From: an uncultured delta proteobacterium
Lineage (GTDB): Bacteria > Desulfobacterota > Desulfobaccia > Desulfobaccales > 0-14-0-80-60-11
DNA: 64,000 nt
Direction: 5' to 3'
Assembly: GCA_963812015.1 (NCBI GenBank)
Contig: CAWETI010000003.1
Span: 768,001-832,000 of the forward strand
The notes beneath the pieces are model-generated. The model saw only the letters and a list, made by a program, of their open reading frames with translations, did not search any database and had not been told where the DNA came from. Positions 10,185-19,999 of this stretch are shown piece by piece; position 1 is the first letter of the stretch; the number at the start of each line of letters is the position of its first letter. The position numbers and the translations under genes are program-made.

Positions 10185-11048
10185 TTAGGCATTCAACTGC
10201 AACTGCGGGCGGGGACGCTTTCTCGGCGCCGGCCGCTTCGGGGCCACCCGGGGCTGGACCTTCTTGGTGGCTTCGATGCCCAAGAGGGACCAAAGGTTAG
10301 CGGTAAAGGGGCCGTATACAAAGGAGAAGGCGAACACCGTGACAATGGGCAGCGCCGCGAAGATACCGCCCTTGGTGAAATATTTCATGATAATGCCAGA
10401 GTTGGTAAACACTGCGGCATAAAGGGCCACGGAAGCCAGACCCAAACCAATGGTCCTGCCGATCAACTTGCCACGGTTCGCCTTTGCATGATGTTCTTGA
10501 GCCATAACCTTTTCTCCTTGATATCCTGAGATACTGAAAACGGGGAGAGGAATCTCCCCCGAGATTTCCTCGTCTCTGATGCCCGCATCGGTGATGACGA
10601 AGTCGATGCGCTTGACTTCATGGTTCAGGTCCTTGATGGCGCCGGCCAGACCTTCAAATTTCACCACGTGCTCGCCGTGGATGCCCTGGCTCGCCAACTC
10701 GGACTGGACCGTGGTCCAGGCCGTCTGGGCCCGTTGGGTGAATTTCCCCCGGAGATGCTGGTTATAAGGGGAAAAGAATTTCCCCGACTGGGCCAGGGCC
10801 GGATTGACGTTCATGGCGATAATGTCATAACCCAGGCGTTGGGAGAGGTTGGCGGCATAATCCACTACCCCGTTGGAGAAGGCATAGTCTTTGCCCACCA
10901 CCAGGATTTTGCGCTTGACCTCGTGCCGGCTGTTGGAGGCGGTACCGGAGCCGCCGTCTCCGTGCTTGGCCGACCCGGAAGCGGAGCCGGTAGGGCCTCC
11001 ATCCTCGGTCTTCCTGTCTTTGCCGCTTTTGTTCATGAAGTTCATCAT
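10185..11048 (-). CDS. USP-like domain fused to a small two-TM membrane protein
   Basis: RKILVVG...YAANLSQRLG (USP-like) followed by two hydrophobic helices and a basic tail; start could be 11084. Confidence 0.6.
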   Translation of the reverse strand: MMNFMNKSGKDRKTEDGGPTGSASGSAKHGDGGSGTASNSRHEVKRKILVVGKDYAFSNGVVDYAANLSQRLGYDIIAMNVNPALAQSGKFFSPYNQHLRGKFTQRAQTAWTTVQSELASQGIHGEHVVKFEGLAGAIKDLNHEVKRIDFVITDAGIRDEEISGEIPLPVFSISGYQGEKVMAQEHHAKANRGKLIGRTIGLGLASVALYAAVFTNSGIIMKYFTKGGIFAALPIVTVFAFSFVYGPFTANLWSLLGIEATKKVQPRVAPKRPAPRKRPRPQLQLNA

Positions 11049-11119
11049 GGCTTTGACCTTTCCCCGCTGTTTCCTTTTGCCCACCTGGAAGGGGGGAGTA
11101 GTTCTTGCCTTAATACCTA

Positions 11120-11136
11120 TACAAGAACCTTGCCAA
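11120..11136 (-). promoter_or_regulatory. Candidate sigma-54 (-24/-12) promoter for the USP-like/TauE operon
   Basis: Minus strand TTGGCAAGGTTCTTGTA: GG-N10-GT against consensus GG-N10-GC; a sigma-54 activator is encoded nearby. Confidence 0.5.
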
Positions 11137-11211
11137 AGTCGAAAATAATTATAAGTTACTGAAATGCCATATTAAAAATAGATAACCTATTTAAGCGCCA
11201 GGAATTCCTTT

Positions 11212-11316
11212 TATTGCACTATGCAACAGTCTTGACCTGAATGATTGATTAGGCTGTATAATCAATAAGTTATAAAGCATTGCATCACTGGGGGCTCATG
11301 ATTGCAAAACGCAACG
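11212..11316. promoter_or_regulatory. Two palindromic operator-like sites (TATTGCACTATGCAACA, GATTGCAAAACGCAACG)
   Basis: At 11212-11228 and 11300-11316; a third copy at 16775-16791. Confidence 0.5.
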
Positions 11317-11460
11317 CCAGCCGCCTGAGCCTGGGGCAACGAGAATTTATCTAAGGAAATCAAAAAATTAAAAACCCACGATCGTGCCATTTCGTTGCTG
11401 TTATAGGGATTTTCCCTTATAATAATTTGGTTAGCGTCTACCCCAGAAAGGTCTATCATT

Positions 11461-13470
11461 ATGGGTTTCTTCCGGAAGGTGACTGAAGAGGAGCGCCCCA
11501 AGCCGGCCCAGGAACTAGTGGAACTGCGCGCCGCAGTGCAAAAGGCCCAGCTGCCGGAGGCGGTGGCCGCCATTGCCGCCAAGGAGCTGGAACGGCTGGA
11601 AAAAACCGATGCCTCGGTGGCAGAATACACCATCGGCCTCAACTATTTGGATTACCTGATTTCCCTCCCCTGGCACCGCTTCACCGAAGACAACCTGGAC
11701 CTCAAAAGGGCGGAGCGCATCCTGGAGTCCCAGCACTATGGCCTCCAACACGTGAAAGAGCGCATCTTGGAATATCTGGCGGTGCGCACCCTGTGCAGCG
11801 TGCAAACCACCCAGGTCCTGGTGGTGGATGATGAAGAAATCGCCCGGACCAACCTGGAATATATCCTGCGGAAAGAAGGCCACCAGGTCAGCACCGCGGC
11901 CAACGGCCTGGAAGCCCTGGAGAAGGTCAAGGCCCAGGAATTCGACGTCGTCCTCACCGACCTGAAGATGGAGAAGATGGACGGCATCCAGCTGCTGGAA
12001 TCCGTCAAGCAGATCGCGCCCCACACCGAAATCGTCATGGTCACCGGGTACGCCACGGTGAGCTCAGCGGTGGACGCCCTGAAAAAGGGGGCGGCCCACT
12101 ATCTGTCCAAGCCCATCAAGCTGGATGAGCTCAGGGCCACGGTCCGGGAAATCATCGGCAAAAAGCGCCACATGCAAATGAACCGAGGTCCGGTGCTGTG
12201 CTTCGCCGGGCCGCCCGGCACCGGCAAGACCTCCATCGGCCAGGCCATCGCCGAGGCCCTGGAGCGCAAGTTCGTGCGCCTGTCCCTGGCGGGGCTCAGG
12301 GACGAGGCGGAACTCCGGGGCCACCGTCGCACCTACGTGGGGGCCATGCCGGGCCGCATCATCAACGAACTCAAGCGCCTGGAGGTCAAAAACCCCGTGT
12401 TCATGCTGGATGAGATCGACAAGATCGGCCAGGACTTCCGGGGCGACCCGGCCTCGGTGCTGCTGGAAATCCTGGACCCCCAGCAAAACACCAATTTTGT
12501 CGACCATTACGTGGACGTGCCCTTTGACCTCTCCGGCGTCATGTTCATCACCACCGCCAACGTGGTGGAGAGTTTACCGGCCCCCCTCCTGGACCGCCTG
12601 GAGGTCATCTATTTTCCCGGTTACACGGAGCATGAAAAAATCCAGATCTCCCGGAACTTTCTCATCCCCCGCCAGCTCCGGGATCACGCCCTGGGCCACC
12701 TGGGCATCGAATTTAGCGAAGCCGCCATCGCCAAGATCATCCAGGGGTATACCCGGGAGGCGGGTCTCCGCAACCTGGAACGGGAAATTGCCATGGTCTG
12801 CCGCAAACTGGCCCGCATCTGCGTCCAGGGCAAGGGGACCTGCGCTCCCAGCGTGGACGAAGACGTGGTGGAAAAGTTGCTGGGACCCCGGAAATTCAGC
12901 CATGAAGTGGCGGAGGCGGGCAATCAGGTGGGGGTGACCACGGGATTGGTCTGGACCGAGTTCGGCGGGGAAATCATCTTCGTGGAAGCCACCCGTATGA
13001 AGGGGCACAAGCAACTTATCCTCACCGGCTCCCTGGGCACCGTCTTGCAGGAATCAGCCCAGACCGCCCTGAGCTATATCCGCAGCCACGCCGAACAGTT
13101 CGGCCTTAACCCGGACTTTTTTTCCGACAGCGATATCCATATCCACCTGCCCTCCGGGGCCATCCCCAAAGAAGGGCCCTCCGCCGGAGTCACCATCGCC
13201 CTGGCCCTGCTCTCCTTGCTCACCGGCCGGCCCGCCCGCCGGGACGTGGCCCTAACCGGCGAGCTGACCCTTTCCGGCCGCATCCTGCCGGTAAGCGGCA
13301 TTAGGGAAAAGGTCCTGGCGGCCCAACGGGCCGGCGTCACCGTGGTGGTCTTCCCCAAAAAGAACGAAGCGGATATCGTCAACCTGGAAAAGGAAGTGAA
13401 AGAAGGATTAGAGATCGTCCTGGCCGAAGAGATCGAACCCCTGATAGACCTGGTGCTGCTGCCGAAGTGA
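11461..13470 (+). CDS. lon: Lon (LonA-type) protease lacking the N-terminal domain, with an inserted receiver domain
   Basis: HYGLQHVKERILEYLAV, REC (VVDDEE..LTDLKM..TGY..SKP), GPPGTGKTS, LDEIDK, PKEGPSAG catalytic Ser, GIREK catalytic Lys. Confidence 0.92.
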   Translation: MGFFRKVTEEERPKPAQELVELRAAVQKAQLPEAVAAIAAKELERLEKTDASVAEYTIGLNYLDYLISLPWHRFTEDNLDLKRAERILESQHYGLQHVKERILEYLAVRTLCSVQTTQVLVVDDEEIARTNLEYILRKEGHQVSTAANGLEALEKVKAQEFDVVLTDLKMEKMDGIQLLESVKQIAPHTEIVMVTGYATVSSAVDALKKGAAHYLSKPIKLDELRATVREIIGKKRHMQMNRGPVLCFAGPPGTGKTSIGQAIAEALERKFVRLSLAGLRDEAELRGHRRTYVGAMPGRIINELKRLEVKNPVFMLDEIDKIGQDFRGDPASVLLEILDPQQNTNFVDHYVDVPFDLSGVMFITTANVVESLPAPLLDRLEVIYFPGYTEHEKIQISRNFLIPRQLRDHALGHLGIEFSEAAIAKIIQGYTREAGLRNLEREIAMVCRKLARICVQGKGTCAPSVDEDVVEKLLGPRKFSHEVAEAGNQVGVTTGLVWTEFGGEIIFVEATRMKGHKQLILTGSLGTVLQESAQTALSYIRSHAEQFGLNPDFFSDSDIHIHLPSGAIPKEGPSAGVTIALALLSLLTGRPARRDVALTGELTLSGRILPVSGIREKVLAAQRAGVTVVVFPKKNEADIVNLEKEVKEGLEIVLAEEIEPLIDLVLLPK

Positions 13471-13484
13471 GTAAAGGCGAATAG

Positions 13485-13762
13485 TTTTGGGGGAGGGGGC
13501 CAGGGGCTTTTTCGTAAGTGGCCCTTACCCCCTCCCCAAACCCCTCCCCCAACCCCATAAGTAAAAAGCCGGGACCTGTGGCCCCGGCTTTTCCTTTCCC
13601 ATAGCATTCTGGTGGCAAAGACATCTTGCCCGTGATTCGTGCCCCATATGAAGCGTAGGGGCGGGTTTCAAACCCGCCCCTACGTTTTTATATAAGGGGT
13701 TGGGGGAGGGAGTTTGAGGGAGGGGGCAGGGGTCGTCGGCCCCTGCCGCCCTCCCTCAAAAC
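13485..13762. repeat. Inverted pair of G/C-rich repeats flanking a GTAG-type REP (gtaggggcgggtttcaaacccgcccctac)
   Basis: cccctccccaaacccctcccccaacccc (~13528-13556) is similar to the reverse complement of ggggttgggggagggagtttgaggggagggg (~13696-13727). Confidence 0.6.
13564..13592. terminator. Bidirectional intrinsic terminator between lon and the response regulator
   Basis: aaaagccggg-acctgtggc-cccggctttt hairpin with A and T tails. Confidence 0.65.
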
Positions 13763-13763
13763 C

Positions 13764-15125
13764 TCACGTCCCGCCGTTCAAGTCGTACCGTTTCAGTTTA
13801 CGCCAGAGGGAGACCCGGTCGATCCCCAGGATTTCCGCGGCCTTGGTTTTATTGCCGTTCACCTGTTTGACCACCCAGGAGATATATTCCTTTTCGTTTT
13901 CCTCCAGGGTATGGAGGTCTCGGCGCTGGTGCCGCTGGACCTGGAAGATGGGCTGCTGGAAATCCAGGGGCAGGTGCTGCATTTCGATGATGGCGCCGTT
14001 GCACAGGGTCACGGCCCGTTCCATGATGTTCTCCAACTCACGGATATTCCCCGGAAATTCGTAATGAAACAACATATCCATGACGTCGTCGGAGATCTTG
14101 TTGATCTTTTTCCCCTGGGCCTCGGCAAACTTCCCCAGGAAGTGCTGGCACAGGAGGGGGATATCGTCCTTCCGTTCCGCCAAGGTAGGCACATGCAGGG
14201 TGACCACGTTGATGCGGTAATAGAGGTCCTGGCGGAAGTTGCCCTGTTCCACCTCTCCTTTCAGATCCTTGTTGGTGGCCGCCAGGACCCGGATATCCAC
14301 GGGAATCTCGTTGGTGCCGCCCACCCGCATCAGGGTTTTGTCCTGGAGGACCCTGAGCAGCTTGACCTGCATGGAAGTGGGCATATCCCCGATTTCATCC
14401 AGGAGGACCGTGCCCCCGGAGGCCGCTTCCAGCAGGCCCTTTTTGACTCCCCGGGCTCCGGTAAAGGCCTCCTTTTCGTGTCCGAAGAGCTCGTTGGCCA
14501 GCAACTCTTCGCTGAAGGCGCCGCAGTTGATGGCCAGGAAGCGGTGGTCGGACCGGGGGCTAAGGTGGTGGATGGCTTTGGCCACCAGTTCCTTGCCGGT
14601 GCCGGTCTCTCCCAGGATAAGCACGGTGGCGTCGGAGGGGGCGATCTGTTCTATGGTCTTTTTCAGGAGATCGATCTTGGGGCTTTTCCCCACCAGGAAG
14701 GGCACCACCTTCTGGCTCTGGACCTGGCGCTTCAGTTCGGTGACTTCCTGGCGCAGGGAGTGCTTTTCCATGGCCTTGGCCACCAGAATGCGCATCTCGT
14801 CGATCTTATAAGGCTTGGGCAGGTAATGATAGGCGCCTTTTTGCATGGCTTCCACCGCGGTGGAGACGGTGGCAAAGCCGGTAATCATGATGACTTCGGT
14901 GTCGGGATAGAGTTCCTTGGTGCGATCCAACACCTGCAGGCCATCCACCTGCTGCATCCTGAGGTCGGTCATCACCAGGTCAAATTCCTGTTTTTCCAGT
15001 TCCTTGCAGGCCAGGGCGCCGCTTTCCACCGCCACGGTGTCATAGCCTTCCTTTTTTAGCACATGGTCAAGGTTTTCCCGGGCGATCAATTCATCTTCGA
15101 CGATGAGAATTTTGCCACGTCTCAT
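13764..15125 (-). CDS. Sigma-54-dependent response regulator (NtrC family: REC-AAA+-Fis HTH)
   Basis: REC domain, GETGTGKE, ELFGHEKEAFTGA (GAFTGA variant), FPGNIRELEN, C-terminal HTH. Confidence 0.93.
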   Translation of the reverse strand: MRRGKILIVEDELIARENLDHVLKKEGYDTVAVESGALACKELEKQEFDLVMTDLRMQQVDGLQVLDRTKELYPDTEVIMITGFATVSTAVEAMQKGAYHYLPKPYKIDEMRILVAKAMEKHSLRQEVTELKRQVQSQKVVPFLVGKSPKIDLLKKTIEQIAPSDATVLILGETGTGKELVAKAIHHLSPRSDHRFLAINCGAFSEELLANELFGHEKEAFTGARGVKKGLLEAASGGTVLLDEIGDMPTSMQVKLLRVLQDKTLMRVGGTNEIPVDIRVLAATNKDLKGEVEQGNFRQDLYYRINVVTLHVPTLAERKDDIPLLCQHFLGKFAEAQGKKINKISDDVMDMLFHYEFPGNIRELENIMERAVTLCNGAIIEMQHLPLDFQQPIFQVQRHQRRDLHTLEENEKEYISWVVKQVNGNKTKAAEILGIDRVSLWRKLKRYDLNGGT

Positions 15126-16558
15126 GATGGGGCCTTCTCTAATCTGACCTGGGGGTCATAAGGCATCCGGATGATAAATCTGGTGCCTTCGCCTGCCTTG
15201 CTCTCCACCGCGATGCGGCCGTGGTGCTTTTCGATGATCCCGTAAACGATGGACAGTCCCAAGCCGGTGCCCACCCCCACTTCCTTGGTGGTATAAAAGG
15301 GATCAAAGACCCGGTCCAACTCATCCCTGGGGATGCCCACCCCGGTGTCTTCGATGGTAATGACGGCTTCATGGTTCGCCGGGTCCGGCGCGGCGGAAAG
15401 GCGAATTTCTCCCGGGGTTTCCTTGATGGCCTGGATGGCGTTCATCAGCAGATTGAGAAAGACCTCTTGCATGCGCTGGGCGTCCAGTTCCAGGATCAGG
15501 TCCTGGGGAATCTCATCCACGAGGTCAATACCGGGAGGCACCTGGCTGGAGATGAGCCGGATGGACCGCTTGACCACATCCTCCAGGGGAATGGGCTTGA
15601 GGGAGAATTCCCTTACCCGGGAGAACTCCAGGAGGCCCTTGACGATATCCCGGGCCCGATAGACCTCCTGCTCCACGTTAGTTAACATTTTCCGGATGAA
15701 GTTCAGGTCGGCCTGATCCAACTCCTCCAGGATAATCTGGCAGGACGTGGAGATATTGTTGAGGGGATTGTTCAACTGGTGGGCAATCCCGGCGGTCAAG
15801 ACCCCCAGGGAAGACATCTTTTTGCCCTGCACCAGTTGGTCCTGGCGGCGTTCCAGCTCTGCCACCATGCGGTTGAAGGCCTCCACCAGCCGCTGGGTTT
15901 CGTCCCGGGTATCCAGCACCGGCAAGGGTTTGAAATCCCCCTGGGCAATGCGCCTGGTGGTATTTTCAATGACTCGCAGGGGGAGAATAATCTTGCGGCT
16001 GACGATGTAAATGAGAAACCCCATGAAGGCCAGGAACACCACCAGGGAGATGAGCAGCTGGGTTTTCAGGGTATTGATGATCTCGAGAATGCGGAAGCGT
16101 TCGAAGGCCACCAGCTTTACGGAGAGGTCCACGAGGGTTTTCCCCCGGGTCCGCAGCTGCTCTTCCAGGCCCCGGCTCTCCGGTTGGGCCCGCTCTCCGG
16201 GTTTGGCCAGTTGCTTCATCAATCCCTGATAGGCGATCAGATCCTTTTTAAGGGTGTCCATCTGGGAAGCCACTTTCAGGTTCTGGACGTCGGCCATGAT
16301 GGTGGCCAGGACCTCCAGGGCTTTTTGGGCATAGGCCTGGTTCTGTCGATAATCCTCCTCCAGACCGTAGAGGAGATAGTTTTTCTCGTAGCGGCGAATT
16401 TCCAGAACGATCTCCCGCAGATCATCGGCAATTTGGACCACGTGCTGCTTTAATTCGATGGCGTGAAGGTAATGGTAGGAAAACCCGCCGACGAAGCAAA
16501 TGGCCAGGACGCAGGCGGTAAACCCCCAGATCACTTTTTGGCGGATGTTCAGATACAC
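15122..16558 (-). CDS. Membrane sensor histidine kinase (HAMP-HisKA-HATPase)
   Basis: Two TM helices, HAMP, AGIAHQLNNPL, NAIQA, DTGVG, GTGLGLS; GGAGG RBS before GTG 16558; stop overlaps the regulator start. Confidence 0.9.
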   Translation of the reverse strand: MYLNIRQKVIWGFTACVLAICFVGGFSYHYLHAIELKQHVVQIADDLREIVLEIRRYEKNYLLYGLEEDYRQNQAYAQKALEVLATIMADVQNLKVASQMDTLKKDLIAYQGLMKQLAKPGERAQPESRGLEEQLRTRGKTLVDLSVKLVAFERFRILEIINTLKTQLLISLVVFLAFMGFLIYIVSRKIILPLRVIENTTRRIAQGDFKPLPVLDTRDETQRLVEAFNRMVAELERRQDQLVQGKKMSSLGVLTAGIAHQLNNPLNNISTSCQIILEELDQADLNFIRKMLTNVEQEVYRARDIVKGLLEFSRVREFSLKPIPLEDVVKRSIRLISSQVPPGIDLVDEIPQDLILELDAQRMQEVFLNLLMNAIQAIKETPGEIRLSAAPDPANHEAVITIEDTGVGIPRDELDRVFDPFYTTKEVGVGTGLGLSIVYGIIEKHHGRIAVESKAGEGTRFIIRMPYDPQVRLEKAPS

Positions 16559-16774
16559 GAAAAACCTCCAGGCGCATAAAGTAAAAGGCGGGCCGGGACC
16601 GCGGCCAGGCAACCGGTGACCGCCTTAGGTAAACTTGCCTTCAGGGTATTTTTGCAACACTCCTCAAAATCAAAAAATTCCTCTTCGGATGGTTCCCCTA
16701 GGCGAACTACTGCTTACTGTGAAAAAACCGGCATCCATAAAGTTCCAATAATTACCAATCATTTTGCCATGCTT

Positions 16775-16844
16775 TGCTGCATTCTGCAACAGGATTCCCG
16801 ACATTAGAAAAGGTCTTGACACTTTGTGAGATTTTTAACATACT
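16775..16844 (+). promoter_or_regulatory. Palindrome TGCTGCATTCTGCAACA plus sigma-70 promoter TTGACA-N17-CATACT
   Basis: TTGACA 16816-16821, CATACT 16839-16844, upstream of the second TauE gene. Confidence 0.55.
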
Positions 16845-16882
16845 ATCCCGCAATCTGAACTATTTGGGAGGGAACGGGCAGG

Positions 16883-17821
16883 ATGGATATTTATCTTCCC
16901 ATTGCGGGTATGAGCATTAATTTTTTCCTGATTCTGGGGATCGGGGGCTTGGTAGGCTTCCTCTCCGGGCTCTTCGGGGTTGGCGGCGGATTTCTCCTCA
17001 CGCCGCTGATGATGATGATCGGCATCCCGCCGGCTGTGGCGGCGGCTTCGGACTCCAACCAGATTGTCGCGGCGGCCTCCTCGGGAGCCTTTGCCCACTG
17101 GCGTCTGGGTAATGTGGATTTCAAGATGGGCCTGGTGATCCTGGCCGGCGGGATCTTCGGCGGCACCATCGGGGTTCAACTGGTCAAAGTACTGCGGGCC
17201 ATGGGCAACTTCGAGTTCGTCATGAAAGTGGTGTATGTGCTCATGTTGGGCCTGGTGGGTAGCGCCATGTTTATAGAAAGCTGGCGAACCATCCGCCGCA
17301 GCAAGGGCGCGGCGGCGGAAGCCGTGGCGGGGCCGGTGAGTGAATCCAGCTTCACCAAAATTTTTAATAAAATGCCCCTCAAGATGAACTTCCAGCGCTC
17401 GGGACTCAGCACCTCGGCCATCTTCCCCTTCTCCATCGGCACCACTGTGGGCATCATGGCAGCCCTTCTGGGGGTGGGCGGAGGCTTTATCATGGTGCCA
17501 GCCATGATTTATATCATCGGCATGCCGACCATCGCCGCCATCGGCACCGACCTCTTCCAGATCGTGCTCACCTCGGCCAACGTCACCCTCCAGCAGGCCA
17601 TCGTCAATCACACCGTTGACCTCCTGCTGGCCTTGATCCTCCTGACCGGGTCCAGCTTTGGGGCCCAGTTCGGGGCGATGGCGGGCAGACGCCTTAAAGG
17701 CGAACAGATTCGCATCCTGCTGGCCATCATCGTGCTGGTCTTGACGGTCAAGATGTTCCTGGACCTGGTCATCACTCCCAGTGATCTGGTGAGTCTGGCT
17801 ACAGGCGGAGGGGGGCACTAA
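16883..17821 (+). CDS. Sulfite exporter TauE/SafE family membrane protein
   Basis: MDIYLPIAG, SGLFGVGGGFLLTP, GVGGGFIMVP, GTDLFQ. Confidence 0.88.
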   Translation: MDIYLPIAGMSINFFLILGIGGLVGFLSGLFGVGGGFLLTPLMMMIGIPPAVAAASDSNQIVAAASSGAFAHWRLGNVDFKMGLVILAGGIFGGTIGVQLVKVLRAMGNFEFVMKVVYVLMLGLVGSAMFIESWRTIRRSKGAAAEAVAGPVSESSFTKIFNKMPLKMNFQRSGLSTSAIFPFSIGTTVGIMAALLGVGGGFIMVPAMIYIIGMPTIAAIGTDLFQIVLTSANVTLQQAIVNHTVDLLLALILLTGSSFGAQFGAMAGRRLKGEQIRILLAIIVLVLTVKMFLDLVITPSDLVSLATGGGGH

Positions 17822-17822
17822 G

Positions 17823-18620
17823 ATGAAACGATTCCTGATTCTCGCCCTCGTCTGCTGTCTGGGATGCCTGTGGGGAGCGCCGGCTTTGGCCATCTCTCCG
17901 GAGACGCAGCAACACGTGCTGACCTCAGCCTCGAAAAACCTGATTGAAATCGGACTGTCCTACCACGGCGATCAGATCCACTTCTTCGGGATCAACCCGG
18001 TCCCCGGCACCGACGTAGTCATCAAGCTCACCGCCGCCAAAGAGGAATCCGTCAAGCTCTCCGTCAAGGGTAAGGTTGGTCCTTTCTGGATGACCGTGAA
18101 GCAGTACGAGGTCACCGGCTCTCCCTTTATCTATAAGATCCATGCCAGCAAGCCCCTGGACCAGATCATGTCCAAGGAAACCGCCCAAAAGCTTGAGCTG
18201 GGATATCCGGCGGTGCGGGGCAAGATGAAGATGCACCTGGTCCGGGGTGAGGCGGCCCCCGATGACGAGTCGGTGGTCTGGGATGGGTTGGTCAAGATCA
18301 AGGAGCGAGCCAACCTCTATAACATTGTTGAGGACCCGGCGCGCCTGGAGATTTCCGAAGGCAAGCTTTTCAAGCATTATTTCCGATTCCCGCCCGCGGC
18401 GACGGAAGGTCGTTACCAGGTGGAATCCTTCTGCTTTGAGAAAGGCGAACTGGTAGGTTACGGAAAGGACGTGATCGAGATCAAGAAAGTCGGCCTGGAG
18501 CACTGGCTCACCCAGACCTCGAAGAACAAGCCGGTCTTTTTCGGCATCATGGCGGTCATTATCGCGGTTGGGGCCGGGTTGCTGGTGGGGGTCATCTTCG
18601 GGAAAGGAGGACACCATTAA
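17823..18620 (+). CDS. Conserved exported/membrane partner of TauE (TIGR02186-like)
   Basis: Signal peptide, KGKVGPFWM, C-terminal TM helix; directly follows TauE. Confidence 0.7.
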   Translation: MKRFLILALVCCLGCLWGAPALAISPETQQHVLTSASKNLIEIGLSYHGDQIHFFGINPVPGTDVVIKLTAAKEESVKLSVKGKVGPFWMTVKQYEVTGSPFIYKIHASKPLDQIMSKETAQKLELGYPAVRGKMKMHLVRGEAAPDDESVVWDGLVKIKERANLYNIVEDPARLEISEGKLFKHYFRFPPAATEGRYQVESFCFEKGELVGYGKDVIEIKKVGLEHWLTQTSKNKPVFFGIMAVIIAVGAGLLVGVIFGKGGHH

Positions 18621-19117
18621 TGACCGCAGATAAAGCCAAGTCGATTGCCGTCGCCATAGATGGGTCAGAGGCTGCTTGGGAAGCCATGCAGCGGGCTATC
18701 AACATGGCGCGATTACTGAAGTTGCCGCTGGAGGTCCTCTACGTGATTCAACTGCGGAAATCCGGTTATTTCGCTTTTATTGACCGGCACCTGCAAGAGG
18801 ACCAGGAGGCCTATGCCAAAAAGATTTTAGCCGACGCGGTCCAGCGGGCCGAAAAGAAAGAGGTGGTGGTCCACACCCATCTGCTAGAGGGAGAACATGA
18901 TCCCTCCGAGTCCATCGTCACTTTTCTGGATCAAGCCAGGGGAGTGAAATTCCTGGTGCTGGGAACCCACGGCCATGGGTTTGTGGGCCGGCATCTCCTG
19001 GGGTCCACCACCGAACGGGTGCTCCGGGAAGTGGCCCGCCGCGGTCTGCCGGTGCCCGTGCTGGTGGTGCCCTTCACTAAGGCGGCAGAAGAGGCCGAGG
19101 CCGAATCCGGGCAATAA
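18620..19117 (+). CDS. Universal stress protein
   Basis: IAVAIDGSE, LVLGTHGHG...LLGSTTERV. Confidence 0.88.
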   Translation: MTADKAKSIAVAIDGSEAAWEAMQRAINMARLLKLPLEVLYVIQLRKSGYFAFIDRHLQEDQEAYAKKILADAVQRAEKKEVVVHTHLLEGEHDPSESIVTFLDQARGVKFLVLGTHGHGFVGRHLLGSTTERVLREVARRGLPVPVLVVPFTKAAEEAEAESGQ

Positions 19118-19164
19118 CTTAGGGATCGAGCCCGTAACTCAGACAATTCACGGCAAAGCTCAGG

Positions 19165-19193
19165 GGAGCCAGGGTCACCTGGCTCCTTTTTTT
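19165..19193 (+). terminator. Intrinsic terminator
   Basis: ggagccagg-gtca-cctggctcc followed by T7. Confidence 0.75.
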
Positions 19194-19573
19194 ATGGGGT
19201 TTGGACTGTGGGCCGGGCCCCGCGGCGGCCACGTTGCCTCGGCCTTGCCTGGTGCGGTCCAAGGGAGCGCCTGCGGCCGCGAACGGTTATGGCGGCTTAA
19301 CAAGCCGCCCGGGTTATTTCCCTCAGCAACCGCCACGGAAAAAAGTTATAACCAAAAACCCCACCACAATGAGGAGCACCCATTCCATAAAAGTCGTCCT
19401 TTCCCCCGGCCGGAGCCCGGGGAGTCCTGCACCTCAAGGCGTCCGAAGATTTTTCGGGTTTCCCAGCTAAGCTTGAGAGCCAGAAAGCTGGTGATCTACA
19501 GGGACACGGGGGCCGCCAGCCGGGCGGCACTTTTCCCTGCATCACCCCAAGACCAGGAGCTCCGCCCTCAGGC

Positions 19574-19987
19574 TTAGTGGCCTTCCAGGCGTTGCTTGAG
19601 ATCCTTGTTTTGCCGAACCATCTCCCGCCACCGCATGGCCTTGTCAATGGCCAGCAAAATCTGTTCTTTGCGGAAGGGCTTGGTAATATAATCAAAAGCC
19701 CCTTTGGCCATGGCCTCCTCCGCCGACTCCAGGGAACCGTAGGCGGTGATCACCAGCACCAGGGCGTCTGGGTCCTTCTGTTTGGCATGAGCCAGCACCT
19801 CCAGGCCGTCCATGCCCGGCATCTTGAGATCCGTGAGAATCAGGTCGAAGGTTTCCTTTTCCAGAAGTTCGGTCGCCTCCAGGGGATTGTTGGTGACCGT
19901 GACCTGATGGTCGGAATAGCCCTCGATGATCATCTTGAGCAGGGCCAACATATCCAGTTCGTCATCGACGGCCAGGATCCGTCCCAT
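19574..19987 (-). CDS. Single-domain response regulator (receiver only)
   Basis: AVDDE, LTDLKMPGMDG, TAY, TKP. Confidence 0.88.
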   Translation of the reverse strand: MGRILAVDDELDMLALLKMIIEGYSDHQVTVTNNPLEATELLEKETFDLILTDLKMPGMDGLEVLAHAKQKDPDALVLVITAYGSLESAEEAMAKGAFDYITKPFRKEQILLAIDKAMRWREMVRQNKDLKQRLEGH

Positions 19988-19999
19988 GTCATAACCTCC

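Noticed and set aside
11385..11400. TGGCAC on the minus strand as a second sigma-54 promoter
   Set aside because: No acceptable -12 element at the required spacing
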